DNA of 64,000 bases from the NCBI GenBank assembly GCA_030390025.1, contig CM059432.1, positions 58,034,001-58,098,000 of the forward strand, given 5' to 3'. Below, piece by piece: positions 1 to 11,439 of this stretch. The notes under the pieces were generated by a model, which did no database searches, was not told the DNA's origin, and was given only the letters and a program-made list of their open reading frames with translations. How positions within the stretch are numbered: position 1 is the stretch's first letter; the number at the start of each line of letters is the position of its first letter. The stretch is from Squalus acanthias. Taxonomy: Eukaryota. The translations under genes were made by a program, and so were the position numbers.

Positions 1-90
1 TATCCCTTTGCAGCCTCTTTGCGTCCTCCTTGCAACTTACTTTCCCACCTAGCTTTGTATTGTCAGCAAACTTGGATACATTACACTCGA
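1..90 (-). mobile_element. CR1 LINE reverse-transcriptase fragment (cut by window edge)
   Basis: Minus strand reads ECNVSKFADNTKLGGKVSCKEDAKRLQRD, the CR1 RT FADD region. Confidence 0.8.
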
Positions 91-178
91 TAATGATTGT
101 TATAACCTCTCAGTTCTGGTATCATCCTTGTAAAAAAATTTTGCACCTTCAGTGGCTCTATATTCTTTTTGTAATATG

Positions 179-982
179 GGGGGGAATTTTATCAATGGGG
201 GCGCGTTGGGGGCGGGACTGCTGCTTGTCGGGTTTCAGTCCCGCCCCCAATGACGTCCGGCCAACCCACGCTATTTTCCCTTGATTGACCTTGTTAGCAG
301 GCCAATTAAGGGAAAGCCGGTGACAGAGAACGTCAGCGTATGACGTTTCATCTGACAAAAATTTTTGACAGATGAATTGTCATCGGTTGTCAGCTTTGAG
401 AAGCTGTCAAACACTGACAATCTCTGTTCTTTGGTGAGTCCTTGTACTCAAGACTCACCAAACCTCTTTCCTGAGCAGAAATCAGATGGCTATTGCATCG
501 GAGAATGCAGCAGCCATTCTGTCATCTTTGCCGTGGAGATGAGGAGCCCTCGGATCCCCAACGGTTGAAGCCTGCAGGAAGAAACAAAGGTAAGGAAACT
601 TTTTCTAACACTTTTCACTCACCTCCCACACTTACCTCTCCACACTTGCACCCATCACTCACCTCCACAGTGCACTTTTTGAACCCTCTGACCCCCGCAG
701 ACACACTGCTCACCTCTCTGACCCTGGCGGGGTTTCCTGACGTCGGGAAGCCCGAACTTGTGTTGGAAAAATGGGGATAAGCCTCTTAACTGCCTGTTAA
801 CAGGCAGTTAAGTGGCTGTAATCCCCTTCCCGCCTCGAGGAGATGGGTCCCAGCGCGAGTCAGGGACCTGCCTCCTGGGAAGATGGCACGGAGGCGGGTT
901 TGGTACCCGCTCCCAGTTTCTGCCATTTTCCCGGCAGTTCCGCCTCCAAACCCACCTCCCCAGGGCTGGCAAAATTTCCCCC
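179..982. mobile_element. Harbinger-type MITE (family A)
   Basis: TIRs GGGGGGAATTTT / AAAATTTCCCCC; ATG on both sides (176-178, 983-985); homologous in reverse orientation to 56209-57052. Confidence 0.8.
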
Positions 983-983
983 A

Positions 984-1082
984 TGGTGACCAGAACTGTA
1001 CAAAATATTGTAAGTGTGGTCTAACCAAGAACATATACAAGTTTAACATAATTTCCCTGCTTTTCAATTCTATTCCTCTAGA
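984..1082 (-). mobile_element. CR1 LINE short fragment
   Basis: Minus translation KSREIMLNLYMFLVRPHLQYFVQFWSP matches the CR1 ORF2 C-terminal motif. Confidence 0.75.
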
Positions 1083-1094
1083 AGCGTGCCTTTA

Positions 1095-1332
1095 TGTAGA
1101 ACCTGTCACGTCCTCAGGGCATCCCAAAGCAATTCACAGCCAATGAATAACTTCTGAGGTCTTGTCACTGTTGTTACGTAGGTAAATGTGGGAGTGAATT
1201 TGCACACAGCAAGATCCCACAAGCAGCAATGAGATTAATGACTGGTCAATCTATTTTAATAGTATTGGTTGAGGAATATATGTTGGCCAGCACACTGGGA
1301 CAATTCCTCTGCTCTTTGTCAAATAGTGTCAT
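1095..1332 (-). mobile_element. DeuSINE/SacSINE1-like SINE fragment
   Basis: Similar to 45170-45620 (acagccaatgaa, tgcacacagcaagatcccaca, ggttgagg, aaatagtg). Confidence 0.65.
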
Positions 1333-1566
1333 TTAAAGATGGAGCTATGTGGGATACTTTTATGAAGTCAAACTTAATTTTAATGGACAGAAAATCTTGG
1401 GATTGGTGCCTGAATTCGTGAAATGTACCCCTGGTAAATGAGACCTGCCAGAAATACAATTTCATAAAATTACCCTTCTGGGTTAAATGGTGCTAATTTG
1501 GTTGTGATGGATTTTTAAACTACATTTATGACAATTCCAAGAGTAAAGAGGTATTGGAATATTTTT

Positions 1567-1667
1567 AATAGAAACAGAAAATGCTGGAAATACTCAGCAG
1601 GTCAGGCAGCATCTGTGGAGAGAGAAACAGAGTTAACGTTTCAGGTCGATGACCTTTCGTCATGTTT
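1567..1667 (-). mobile_element. ~100-bp Penelope-derived hammerhead-motif mini-insert
   Basis: 16-bp TSD GTATTGGAATATTTTT (1551-1566, 1668-1683); minus strand TGACGAAAGGTCATCGACCTGAAACGTTAACTC is near identical to 52566-52662. Confidence 0.8.
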
Positions 1668-1970
1668 GTATTGGAATATTTTTGTCACCTCACCACAGAA
1701 TTCCATTGTATCCTCTCCCTCACGTGTTGTTTCAAGAATTAATTCTATCACAAATCACAGCATTGGCTTCAGTTGTTTGTGACCTCTTGTAAAATAGTCG
1801 TAAAGGAACAGATAGGATGGTAACTAAACAAACTAAATTCACACACACAAACTTTACAGCAGCAATCATTGGATAATGATCAGCAGTAGGAGCCTTGGCT
1901 GATATCAACTATTTCGCAATAGACCAGGAATCAAACCTGGAACTTTCCTGGTCTGTGTGACCCAGTATTA

Positions 1971-4200
1971 CATAAGAACATAAGAACATAAGAAATAGGA
2001 GCAGGAGTAGACCAATCGGCCCCTCGAGCCTGCTCCGCCATTCAATGAGATCATGGCTGATCTGATCCAACCTCAACTCTAAAGAACACAAGAAGTAGGA
2101 GCAGGACCAGGCCACTCGGCCCCTGGGCCCGCTCCACCACCCACAGGGCCTTGACCGATCCGAACTCACTCATGTCCAATTTCCAGCCCGCTCCCCGTAA
2201 CCCCTAATTCCCTTTACTTCTAGGAAACGGTCTATTTTTGTTTTAAATTTATTTAATGAAGTAGCTTCCACAGCTTCCTGGGGTAGCAAATTCCACAGAC
2301 CCACTACCCTCTGAGTGAAAAAGTTTCTCCTCATCTCAGTTTTGAAAGAGCAGCCCCTTATTCTAAGTTTATGTCCCCTAGTTCTAGTTTCACCCATCAT
2401 TGGGAACATCCTCACCACGTCCACCCGATCAAGCCCCTTCACAATCTTATATGTTTCAATAAGATCGCCTCTCATTCTTCTGAACTCCAATGAGTAGAGT
2501 CCCAATCTACTCAACCTCTCCTCGTATGTCCACCCCCTCATCCCCGGAATTAACCGAGTGAACCTTCTTTGTACTGCCTCGAGAGCAAGTATGTCTTTTC
2601 TTAAGTATGGACACCAAAACTGTATGCAGTACTCCAGGTGCGGTCTCACCAATACCCTATACAACTGCAGCAATACCTCCCTGTTTTTATATTCTATCCC
2701 CCTAGCAATAAAAGCCAACATTCCATTGGCTTTCTTGATCACCTGCTGCACCTGCATACTAACTTTTTGATTTTCTTGCACCAAGACCCCCAGATCCCTT
2801 TGTACTGCAGTACTTTCCAGTTTCTCGCCATTAAGATAATAACTTGCTCTCTGATTTTTCCTGCCAAAGTGCATAACCTCACATTTTCCAATATTGTATT
2901 GCATCTGCCAAATCTCTGCCCACTCACCCAGCCTGTCTATATCCCCTTGTAGGTTTTTTATGTCCTCCTCACTCTCTACTTTCCCTCCCATCTTTGTATC
3001 ATCTGCAAACTTTGATATGTTACACTCGGTCCCCTCCTCCAAATCGTTAATATAGATTGTAAAGAGTTGGGGACCCAGCACCGACCCCTGCGGAACACCA
3101 CTGGCTACTGGTTGCCAGTCCGAGAATGAACCATTTATCCCAACTCTCTGCTTCCTGTTAGATAACCAATCCTCCACCCATGCCAGAATATTACCCCCAA
3201 TCCAGTGATTTTTTATCTTGAGTAATAATCTTTTATGTGGCACCTTGTCGAATGCCTTCTGGAAGTCTAAATACACTACATCCACTGGTTCCCCTTTATC
3301 CACCCTGTACGTTATGTCCTCAAAGAACTCGAGCAAATTTGTCAGACATGACTTCCCCTTCATAAAGCCATGCTGACTTTGTCCTATTAAATTATGTTTA
3401 TCTAAATGTTCCGTTACTGTCTCCTTAATAATAGACTCCAAAATTTTACCCACCACAGATGTTAGGCTAACTGGTCTATAATTTCCAGCCTTCTGCCTAC
3501 AACCCTTTTTAAATAAGGGTGTTACATTAGCAGTTTTCCAATCTGCCAGGACCTTTGCTGAGTTCAGGGAGTTTTGAAAAATTATTACCAAAGCATCCAC
3601 AATTCCTACTGCCACTTCCCTCAAGACCCTAGGATGTAAGCTATTAGGTCCAGGGGATTTATCCGCCTTGAGTCCCATTATTTTACTGAGTACCAATTCC
3701 TTAGTGATTTTAATCGTATTTAGCTCCTCCCCCACTAGAGCCCCCTGTTTGTCCAGTGTTGGGATATTCTTAGTGTCCTCTACCGTAAAGACTGAAACAA
3801 AATATTTGTTCAGCATTTTTGCCATCTCCATGTTTCCCACCATTAATTTCCCGGTCTCATCCTCTAAGGGACCTACGTTTGCCTTAACCACCTTTTTTCT
3901 TTTTATATAACTATAGAAACTCTTGCTATCTGTTTTTATATTTTTTGCTAATTTATTTTCATAGTCTATCTTCCCTTTCTTAATCAATCCTTTAGTTACT
4001 TTTTGTTGTCTTTTGAAGACTTCCCAATCTTCTATCCTCCCACTAACTTTGGCTACCTTATATGTCCTTGTTTTTAGTTGGATACTTTCTTTAATTTCTT
4101 TACTTAGCCATGGATGGCTGTCATTTCTTTTACACCCTTTTTTCCTCAGTGGAATATATTTATTTTGAAAGTTGTAAAAGAACTCCTTGAATGAACACAA
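1971..4200 (-). mobile_element. 5'-truncated CR1 LINE, young copy
   Basis: 676-aa uninterrupted RT frame; (CATAAGAA)n tail at 1971-1995; candidate TSD AGTATT on both sides. Confidence 0.95.
2170..4200 (-). CDS. CR1 ORF2 reverse transcriptase (N-terminally truncated, no endonuclease)
   Basis: Motifs NYRPVSLTS, QHGF.KGKSCLTNL, YLDFQKAFDKVPH, GVPQGSVLGP, FADDTK, LVRPHLEYC. Confidence 0.85.
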   Translation of the reverse strand: MCSFKEFFYNFQNKYIPLRKKGCKRNDSHPWLSKEIKESIQLKTRTYKVAKVSGRIEDWEVFKRQQKVTKGLIKKGKIDYENKLAKNIKTDSKSFYSYIKRKKVVKANVGPLEDETGKLMVGNMEMAKMLNKYFVSVFTVEDTKNIPTLDKQGALVGEELNTIKITKELVLSKIMGLKADKSPGPNSLHPRVLREVAVGIVDALVIIFQNSLNSAKVLADWKTANVTPLFKKGCRQKAGNYRPVSLTSVVGKILESIIKETVTEHLDKHNLIGQSQHGFMKGKSCLTNLLEFFEDITYRVDKGEPVDVVYLDFQKAFDKVPHKRLLLKIKNHWIGGNILAWVEDWLSNRKQRVGINGSFSDWQPVASGVPQGSVLGPQLFTIYINDLEEGTECNISKFADDTKMGGKVESEEDIKNLQGDIDRLGEWAEIWQMQYNIGKCEVMHFGRKNQRASYYLNGEKLESTAVQRDLGVLVQENQKVSMQVQQVIKKANGMLAFIARGIEYKNREVLLQLYRVLVRPHLEYCIQFWCPYLRKDILALEAVQRRFTRLIPGMRGWTYEERLSRLGLYSLEFRRMRGDLIETYKIVKGLDRVDVVRMFPMMGETRTRGHKLRIRGCSFKTEMRRNFFTQRVVGLWNLLPQEAVEATSLNKFKTKIDRFLEVKGIRGYGERAGNWT

Positions 4201-4564
4201 AGTATTTATCTGTAAATTATCAGTAGGTACATTTTCTACTGTCCCTGGTGCCCAGAGATGCTAGGCCATTGGAGACAGTTAAAATTTAAAAAGCCGGTGT
4301 TTCCTAACTGTAAATGGGTAATTTTGTTTCTTTTAATTTCAGATTGGCCAATTTACACTGCAGCTAGGACTTGTTGTTAATTCCCTGACTGCCATGAGGC
4401 AGGTACCCTAGTTGCACTGTAAATGGTAGAGGCACCTGCTGTCAGCATGCACATGCCCCTCCCTGACCCTGGAATTTGGGGACAGTTTCAGGGGTGTATC
4501 CATGGGGTGAATGAAGGTTCTGCAGCACCCCAGACCTACTTTGCTGGAAATTCAACCCCATAGT

Positions 4565-5390
4565 CTAGACATGTTACAGGGGACAAGTAGTAGAATAGAT
4601 AGCTAGCTGGCTTCAAGACAGAAAGCAGAGAGTAGGAGTAAAAGGCAGCTATTCAGAGTGGCAGAAGGTGGGTAGTGGTGTTCCACAAGGATCAGTGCTG
4701 GGACCACTGTTGTTCACAATTTATGTTAACGATTTAGACTTTGGAATCAAAAACACAATTTCTAAATTTGCGGATGACACCAAATTGGGGGGGATAGTCA
4801 ATACTGAGGAGAACTGCAACAAATTACAGGAGGACATTAATAAACTTGCAGAATGGACATATAATTGGCAAATGAAATTAAACACAGATAAATGTGAGGT
4901 ATTACATTTTGGTAGGAAGAATAGGGTGGTCACTTAATACTTGGAGGGTGTGAGTCTAGGTGGGGTAGAGGAGCAAAGGAATCTCGGAGTACAAATACAC
5001 AAATCACTAAAAATAGCGATACAGGTTAACAAGGCCATAAAAAAAACAAGCCAGGCACTAGGGTTTATTTCTAGAGGGATAGAATTGAAAAGTAGTGAAG
5101 TTATGCTAAACTTGTAACAAACCTTGGTTGGACCACACTTAGAGTACTGCGTACAATTCTGGTCGCCATATTATAAAAAGGATATAGAGGCACAGGAGAG
5201 GGTGCAGAGAAGATTTACAAGGATGATACCGGAAATGTGAGGGTATACCTATCAGGAAAGGATAAACAGGCTGGGTCTCTTTTCGCTTGAAAAAAGAAGG
5301 CTGAGGGGTGACCTAATAGAGGTCTTTAAAATTATGAAAGGTTTTGATAGAGTGGATACAGAGAGAGCGTTTCCACTTGTGGGGAAGAGT
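4565..5390 (+). mobile_element. Degenerate CR1 LINE RT fragment
   Basis: GVPQGSVLGP...FADDTKLGG; in-frame stops downstream. Confidence 0.9.
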
Positions 5391-5922
5391 ATGAAGATCT
5401 TTGAAGATGTAAGTATGACCAGGCTTTCACGTCACAATTGCAGCTTGAATGTGCGTCCTTCTGGAATAGGGGTATGCTTGTGTCAAAGGGAGAATAGGCA
5501 TGTTGAATTTCCACTATGGATTTAGCCAGTTACAGTAGGCACTCTGCCCTGGAACTTCTTGAGGCCAAGCTCTAATGGCATAAATGCAATGGGGCAGAAC
5601 CCCCATCAGCCCCACCCAAGGTTGGAGACCCTCTCACAATTTCCAAAGACGGAGTAATTTGCAAATCTGGGGCAGGCCATCGGCATCTGCAAGGGTGCAT
5701 CAGTAGTGCTGGATCTATTTTATAAGCTGGAGTTCTGCCTTGTTGCTCCTTCTGAAGTCCCTTAGAGGCCTAAATGGACTGAAGAAAAGAATTGTTTTTA
5801 AAAATCTTTGGCTCCCACTGGAGCAGTTTAACTAGTAAAGGTAATTAAACCCTTCTTATTTAACTGGAATGTGCATTTTAATTGTCTCTGTACCTTTAAT
5901 AGAGTATATATGCAGAACTATG

Positions 5923-7705
5923 GGCCGCGATTTCGGCGGCCAGAGTTGGTGTCGCGATCCCAGCCTGCTGCCTACTGCAGCCTGCTCTCTCCAAGCGATT
6001 TTACGCTGATTGGGCTTGTTAAGCCCGCCGAGTGAGGTTCCCAGCCAATTAAACGGAAGCGGGTCTGATGACATCATTTGATGATGCGTCATCAGCCGGT
6101 TTCCTTAAAGGGACCATGTCTAAATTGATTTTGACAGTTGTGCTGTCAGTGTTCTGCAGCATTGAGGTGCTGTAAACACTGACGAGCACTGCACAAAGGT
6201 GGACGGCTGCACCCAGGCTCTCACATGACTCCCTCCATATGCTTATGGAGGGAGTCACAGAATGCAGGGAGGTTCTCTTCCATTCCCATGGGCGGAAGAG
6301 ACCTCCCCAGGACACCAACGCAGCCTGACTGCACATTGCACAGGATGGCAAAACAAGGGATGTCGTCAGGAGGCCCAGGCTGCAGTGGCGCAAACCTTTC
6401 AATGATCTCAGTAGATCACGAAATGTTACTGCAAAGCCACACTCAACCTCATCCTCCTGTGCCACTCATCACATCCCCATCACTCTGTCTTCCCTACCCT
6501 ACTCCTGCACATCCTTACTCACACCAACTTACCTTACACCTCCACCCATCCCTCTCTATCTACATTATCACTTCCCCATCTCACTAGCCACCCCTCGCAC
6601 TCACCCTCAGCCTAGCCCAATCGTACCTACTAACAACACACAAGGCTAGGCACTTGTGTGTTTTATGCAATGTTCATGTAAATTTTCTGTTAATGTCAAA
6701 CATTGAAATCTTTATTTTCAACACGTTGGACAGATCTGTGCTCACCTTTGAAAGTGTCTTCGTGAGTTCCAGTGAATGTTGAGACATCACTTCCCCCCCC
6801 CACCCCCCCACAAATGTGATGAGTGTGAAAGGAATGGCTTGGGCATTGTAGGGATTCTTTATGGTGCTGGTGGGTGGTGTCATGCTGGTGTGGGTGGTGT
6901 CAACCTGGTGCATCATGTGGCAGTCAGGGTGTACAGTGTCAAATGAAGTAAATCTGGCCATGGTGATGCCATCGCTGGCCTCCCAGGTAGCAATGTGGTC
7001 GGGTGCTGATGCCCTGTGTCCTGTGCAGCATCAGGTGATTGCGGAGAAGGTTGGTATTGTTGTTGGTGATGTTGGTTTGCCTGGTGATGTTGGTGTTGGG
7101 GCTGATCGTGGTGGGATTCTGAGGACCAAGGTGAGATTTTTTCAAGGACATCGATGTTGCTGGAATAGATGGCAGCTGAAGTTGAGATGACAGAAGTGAT
7201 CTGTCAATGGAGAGAGAGCTTGCTCCAAGGAGATAACAGTGGATAGAGAGTTTACTCCAAACACTTCCAAACTGCATACAGCTCAAAAGTGTCTTCCAAG
7301 TCCTGAAGGCTCAAGTTTCTGACATTGGAAAGTGACCAGCTGTGAAATGTTGGCTTTTATACCACTTTTGCCGCTGTCACTTATTCACAGCAATGAGGAG
7401 ACATGGAGAACCCGACCTACTTACCTGACGTGATCTCCGAACAGCGTGAACCTTGTTAAAAAAGTGGTAAAATAGAAATAGGCTGGCAAAATATTAGTTA
7501 ACAAGCGTTTAACAAGCATTTAATGATCTTAAATGCCTCCCCCGCTGCTTTGTGTCGGGTCTGTTCTGAAATCGCAGACCCGACACTTTGGAAACTTACA
7601 TGGAGGCTGGTTCGGAGCGGGCTCCCAACCCGCTGTCAATCATTTCAATTTTGACAGCAGACCCGCCTCTAAACCTGCACTCTGAGCGCTGGCAAAATTC
7701 AGCCC
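5923..7705. mobile_element. Non-autonomous Harbinger deletion derivative (family B), copy 1
   Basis: TIR-like GGCCGCGATTTC / AAAATTCAGCCC; ATG TSD; Myb/SANT exon remnant on + (~6190-6425); transposase 5' poly-Q remnant on - (~6950-7170). Confidence 0.85.
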
Positions 7706-8795
7706 ATGATGTGTAAAACGATATGTGCAGCAAAATAGGAATGGCTGCCCAGTTCTCCTTCTTAAGCATGTGGGTCCAAATGTAACTTTGTCCCCTGTGA
7801 CTTTTGGGGATACACCAAAGACCACAGGCTGTGAAATGGCCCTACATGTTTCTGAAGAAGCCAAAGCCTCTTCACCTCTCACGGTGATAAACCCTGATGT
7901 CATCAAGAGTGGTTGGTCTACAGGAGCAGAGAAAGATTGACTTTTATGAGGTGCTTGCAATCCCTCCTGCAAAGCTCTGCTCTCGGCACAGAGAATCAGC
8001 CACAGAAGTTAGCATTCCCCAATTACTGTGCCCCTGATTTTCCAGTGATTAATATTAATTATTAGAAAGTATGAAGTGCTGTGACTCGAGCATGCTGACC
8101 TCCACACCTGCTTAAACCTTCTGTTGAACAAGGCTGCACACCAGGATCCTCACCTTATAAAATTGACCCTATGTCTCCATCGGTGAGGCTGCTACGCGTC
8201 ATGGTGGCTGACTCTTGAAACACTTCAGACCATCAGATCTCAGGCTGGAGTATCCTTCCTTGATTGCTTACCTTTGTTCTTCAAGGCCCTTGTCATTTTG
8301 TATACTTATTCTTGGCATCTAGACTTTGTTGTAAAAAAAACTCCCCATGGTACCAAAATTGATGTATGACACACGTGGGCCAGCTTCTCTTGCTTAAAGG
8401 GGTTCACTGAGGGATCTACTTCCTCAGACATGTCTGGAGAGGGTCTGGCCCTCTCTGAAGCCTTTCTAAAGACTCTTCTAGTGTCAGTCCCTCACCAATA
8501 GCATAGTTACCTTCATCAAGCAAGATCAACTGTAACTTCCTACCCTGTCAATTAGATGATACCATGCTTTGAAAATGTATGCAACAGAAACACTCTGTTT
8601 CATGCTCTTTCTTCTGCTCTTGGAGGCACCAGTGACCAGATTTGTGGACTGATCATCTGTGAAGACTGCATATGGGACCGGATAAATATTACTGTGCAGT
8701 CATGGCAATATATACACAAATGCCTTTCTTTACTGCCTGGATGCTGTTACACTTGCCACAAACATACATACAGTGTTAAGCACATGGCATATACA

Positions 8796-8895
8796 TATTC
8801 CGACGAAGGGTTTCGACCTGAAACGTTAACTCTGTTTCTCTCTCCATGGATGTTGCCTGGCCTGCTGAGTTTTTCCAGCGTTTTCTGTTGTTATT
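8796..8895 (+). mobile_element. 100-bp Penelope-derived hammerhead-motif mini-insert
   Basis: 11-bp TSD TGGCATATACA (8785-8795, 8896-8906); CCGACGAAGGGTTTCGACCTGAAACGTTAACTC...TTTTCTGTTGTTATT. Confidence 0.85.
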
Positions 8896-9509
8896 TGGCA
8901 TATACAAAGGCATGTACATACCTTGGTGAGGTTTTTTACGTGGGGGAGGCAGTGTAGTTGAACCTACTTCTATAAAGGCCCTGCAGCTGATGAACTCAAA
9001 CAAGTGAACCTCCAGGGCAGCAGAATCTTCTCCAAGAAACATCCCTTCCTGTGCTACTTCTGACTCTCATATTGCAAGTGAGCTTGGCCAAGAAAAAGCA
9101 ACATATTTGATTTTAACAAATAGCGCTGATAAAGGAATATGCACTGATGTAGCTGTTCTATCTTCATGAGTGAGTCAGAGAGTTTAGCTCTTTTGAATCC
9201 AAGAACATTCAGTCAAGTTATGCAAAGGGTATGCCAAATTATTCCCATCATTTCAAACACAGGATGTGATTGACAGTGGGTGTACATATTTCTTGGCCAT
9301 ATAATGTCTATCTCTCCAGTTCCAGAAAGTCAACTCTTTTGTTAGACAGTCGTTATTTTCTTCATATATATACATTTATAACAGCAACCAGGTTGAGTAT
9401 TCCCCAAATGTGGGGGCCTGCATTATTTATAGACCCTTTACACATTAATTTCAACTGTCATGTCATATTCACATCATGTTGTGAGGACATCAGGGGTACC
9501 TAAAGGGTT

Positions 9510-10488
9510 AGGTTTATGAGGTTGTCTGGCAGGCTTGCCATTGCACCAAGCATCTCTGTGTGCATGTCCATCACCCTACTTCTGAAGGCTGTCCCATCGA
9601 GATCCTCATCTGAGTGCTCTGCAGCAGAACTCGTGTGCGACCTCGCCCTCCGGGGAGTAGGCACCTGCGTTACCCTTTCCCCTTGGCCTGTCTGCAGCCC
9701 ACTTGTGCCCAGTGACTCACCACATGCAGTTCCCGCTTCTATACTACCCTCTAAAGTTCGAGCAGTGCCATTTTCTGAGTTGGTGCCTGGGAGTGCCAGA
9801 TTGAGTGACGGTGTCTCTTGTCCATCACTCTCCTCCTCTACTTCTTTCTGCACAGGCTGGGTTGGTGGCAGTTCTTGGGTATCTGAAAGGAGAAAGGCAC
9901 AAGGGTCAGGTTGTGGTGAGGGCAGGGGCGGAAAGCAAGATGTGCATGCTTAGACCATCAGTTGCTTGCAAGTGAGAAGCGATTGTAGGATGAGGGGGAA
10001 GTGGGATGTGAGAAGAAGGATTAGGTATGAGCATACTGTCATCATCAATGCTTTCAGCCTCGCCAATCGCCACAGCCTTCGTGAAGGCTCCTCCAATTAT
10101 TTCTCGAACTGTGTCCTCCAGCTGGGTCAGGTTCTGTAGCCATGCTTGCCCCCGCCTGTTCGCTCCTGCTCGCACCGGTTGTGAACCCCCTTGGGCTGCA
10201 AGAGAAAGAGAAGTGTGAATGAGGTACTTCTTTCACAAAGCACCTCCCCATTAAGAGGTGCAGACAGCCTTTCACTCTGCAGGCAACCTTTAAATACAGA
10301 GCAGTCTTCCCACGATATTGGGCCCCCTGTTGAGCGCTGAGCCAACCAGTAGAACATTTACCACTGGGTTCAGTGCTGCAATCACGTTAATGAGCAAGCA
10401 GCACGAATTTTGCGTGCTGCCTGCACTACTTTCAACAGGCGTGGGCAATCCCTGCGCCCATTTTTGGGCCTTATCCAATTTAGCCCCC
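9510..10488 (-). mobile_element. Harbinger right-end fragment with Myb/SANT gene remnants
   Basis: Homologous to 59070-61933 (e.g. SDEDLDGTAFRSRVMDMHTEMLGAM); terminal CCAATTTAGCCCC TIR. Confidence 0.8.
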
Positions 10489-11439
10489 TAAAAGCTTCAC
10501 ACTTGTGGGAAGTTCTGTCAGTGGGTTTGCATCCACTAGAAACGAAGTTGATACCATATCAAAAGCACTTCATTTATAAACTAAGAGCCAGGTGAGAGTT
10601 TTATGCCACCAGTGTGTTCTGGACTGAAGGTTAGGACTTGAGTGAAAGATCAGCATTTTTATTGACCGCTCCCCCGACTTGCCATCCAGCACAAATTTGC
10701 TTGCCACAGGGCACTTCTTAATATTGCATTAATTAGGGTCGAAACTGTAGATTGAAGATCTATCCAAGTTTCTACCAGACTCTGCATGGTTGCTATGGAA
10801 GTTAGGAACGAACCAGTGTGACGGTAATCAGCGGTAGCATTGTATGATAGGTGACATTAATGAATGCCTCGTGTTGCAGCTTTGTTAATTTGATGCTGCA
10901 ATTACTTCTCTTACCTATCAAAATGTTTCAGTTTCAATATTAGAAAGCATATGTTATTTAATAATTTGAGACAATGGAGATATAGAACAAATGAGACATC
11001 TCATATATCTGTCTGAATCTTCAATTCTAAATTAGCCTTGCATCTACTCAGCACAGCTGTGTTGAAAGCTCTGTGACATAATTGAATGCATCTTGGGAGG
11101 ACTGCAAGATGCATAATTAGGAATTACCTCAGCAGTGAAGTATTACATCTAGATTCACCCAGCAAAGGTGGGTAATGATGATGGCACAACAAACAGACAC
11201 TCCAATGAGATTAGGTAAAGTCATTTGAAAATTGTCAGACAAAAACAGTAGGACTAATTGCATAAAATAATTTTATTTAGTGTAATTTTCTTAAATCATA
11301 GATGCTACCATCATCATTCTGAACACAGCTAGTGAAGAAGCAACTTACTTTATCTTAGAATCTGGGGAAAGAATGCTTTTCCGAAGTGCTTCACCTGAAT
11401 TAGACCTGTCATGTTCTTTCCAGGTATGTAAAATTTTTT

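Noticed and set aside
11359..11425. Short plus-strand exon candidate (ESGERMLFRSASPELDLSCSFQ then GTATGT)
   Set aside because: Plausible splice sites but no recognisable homology or partner exons; expected by chance in 64 kb
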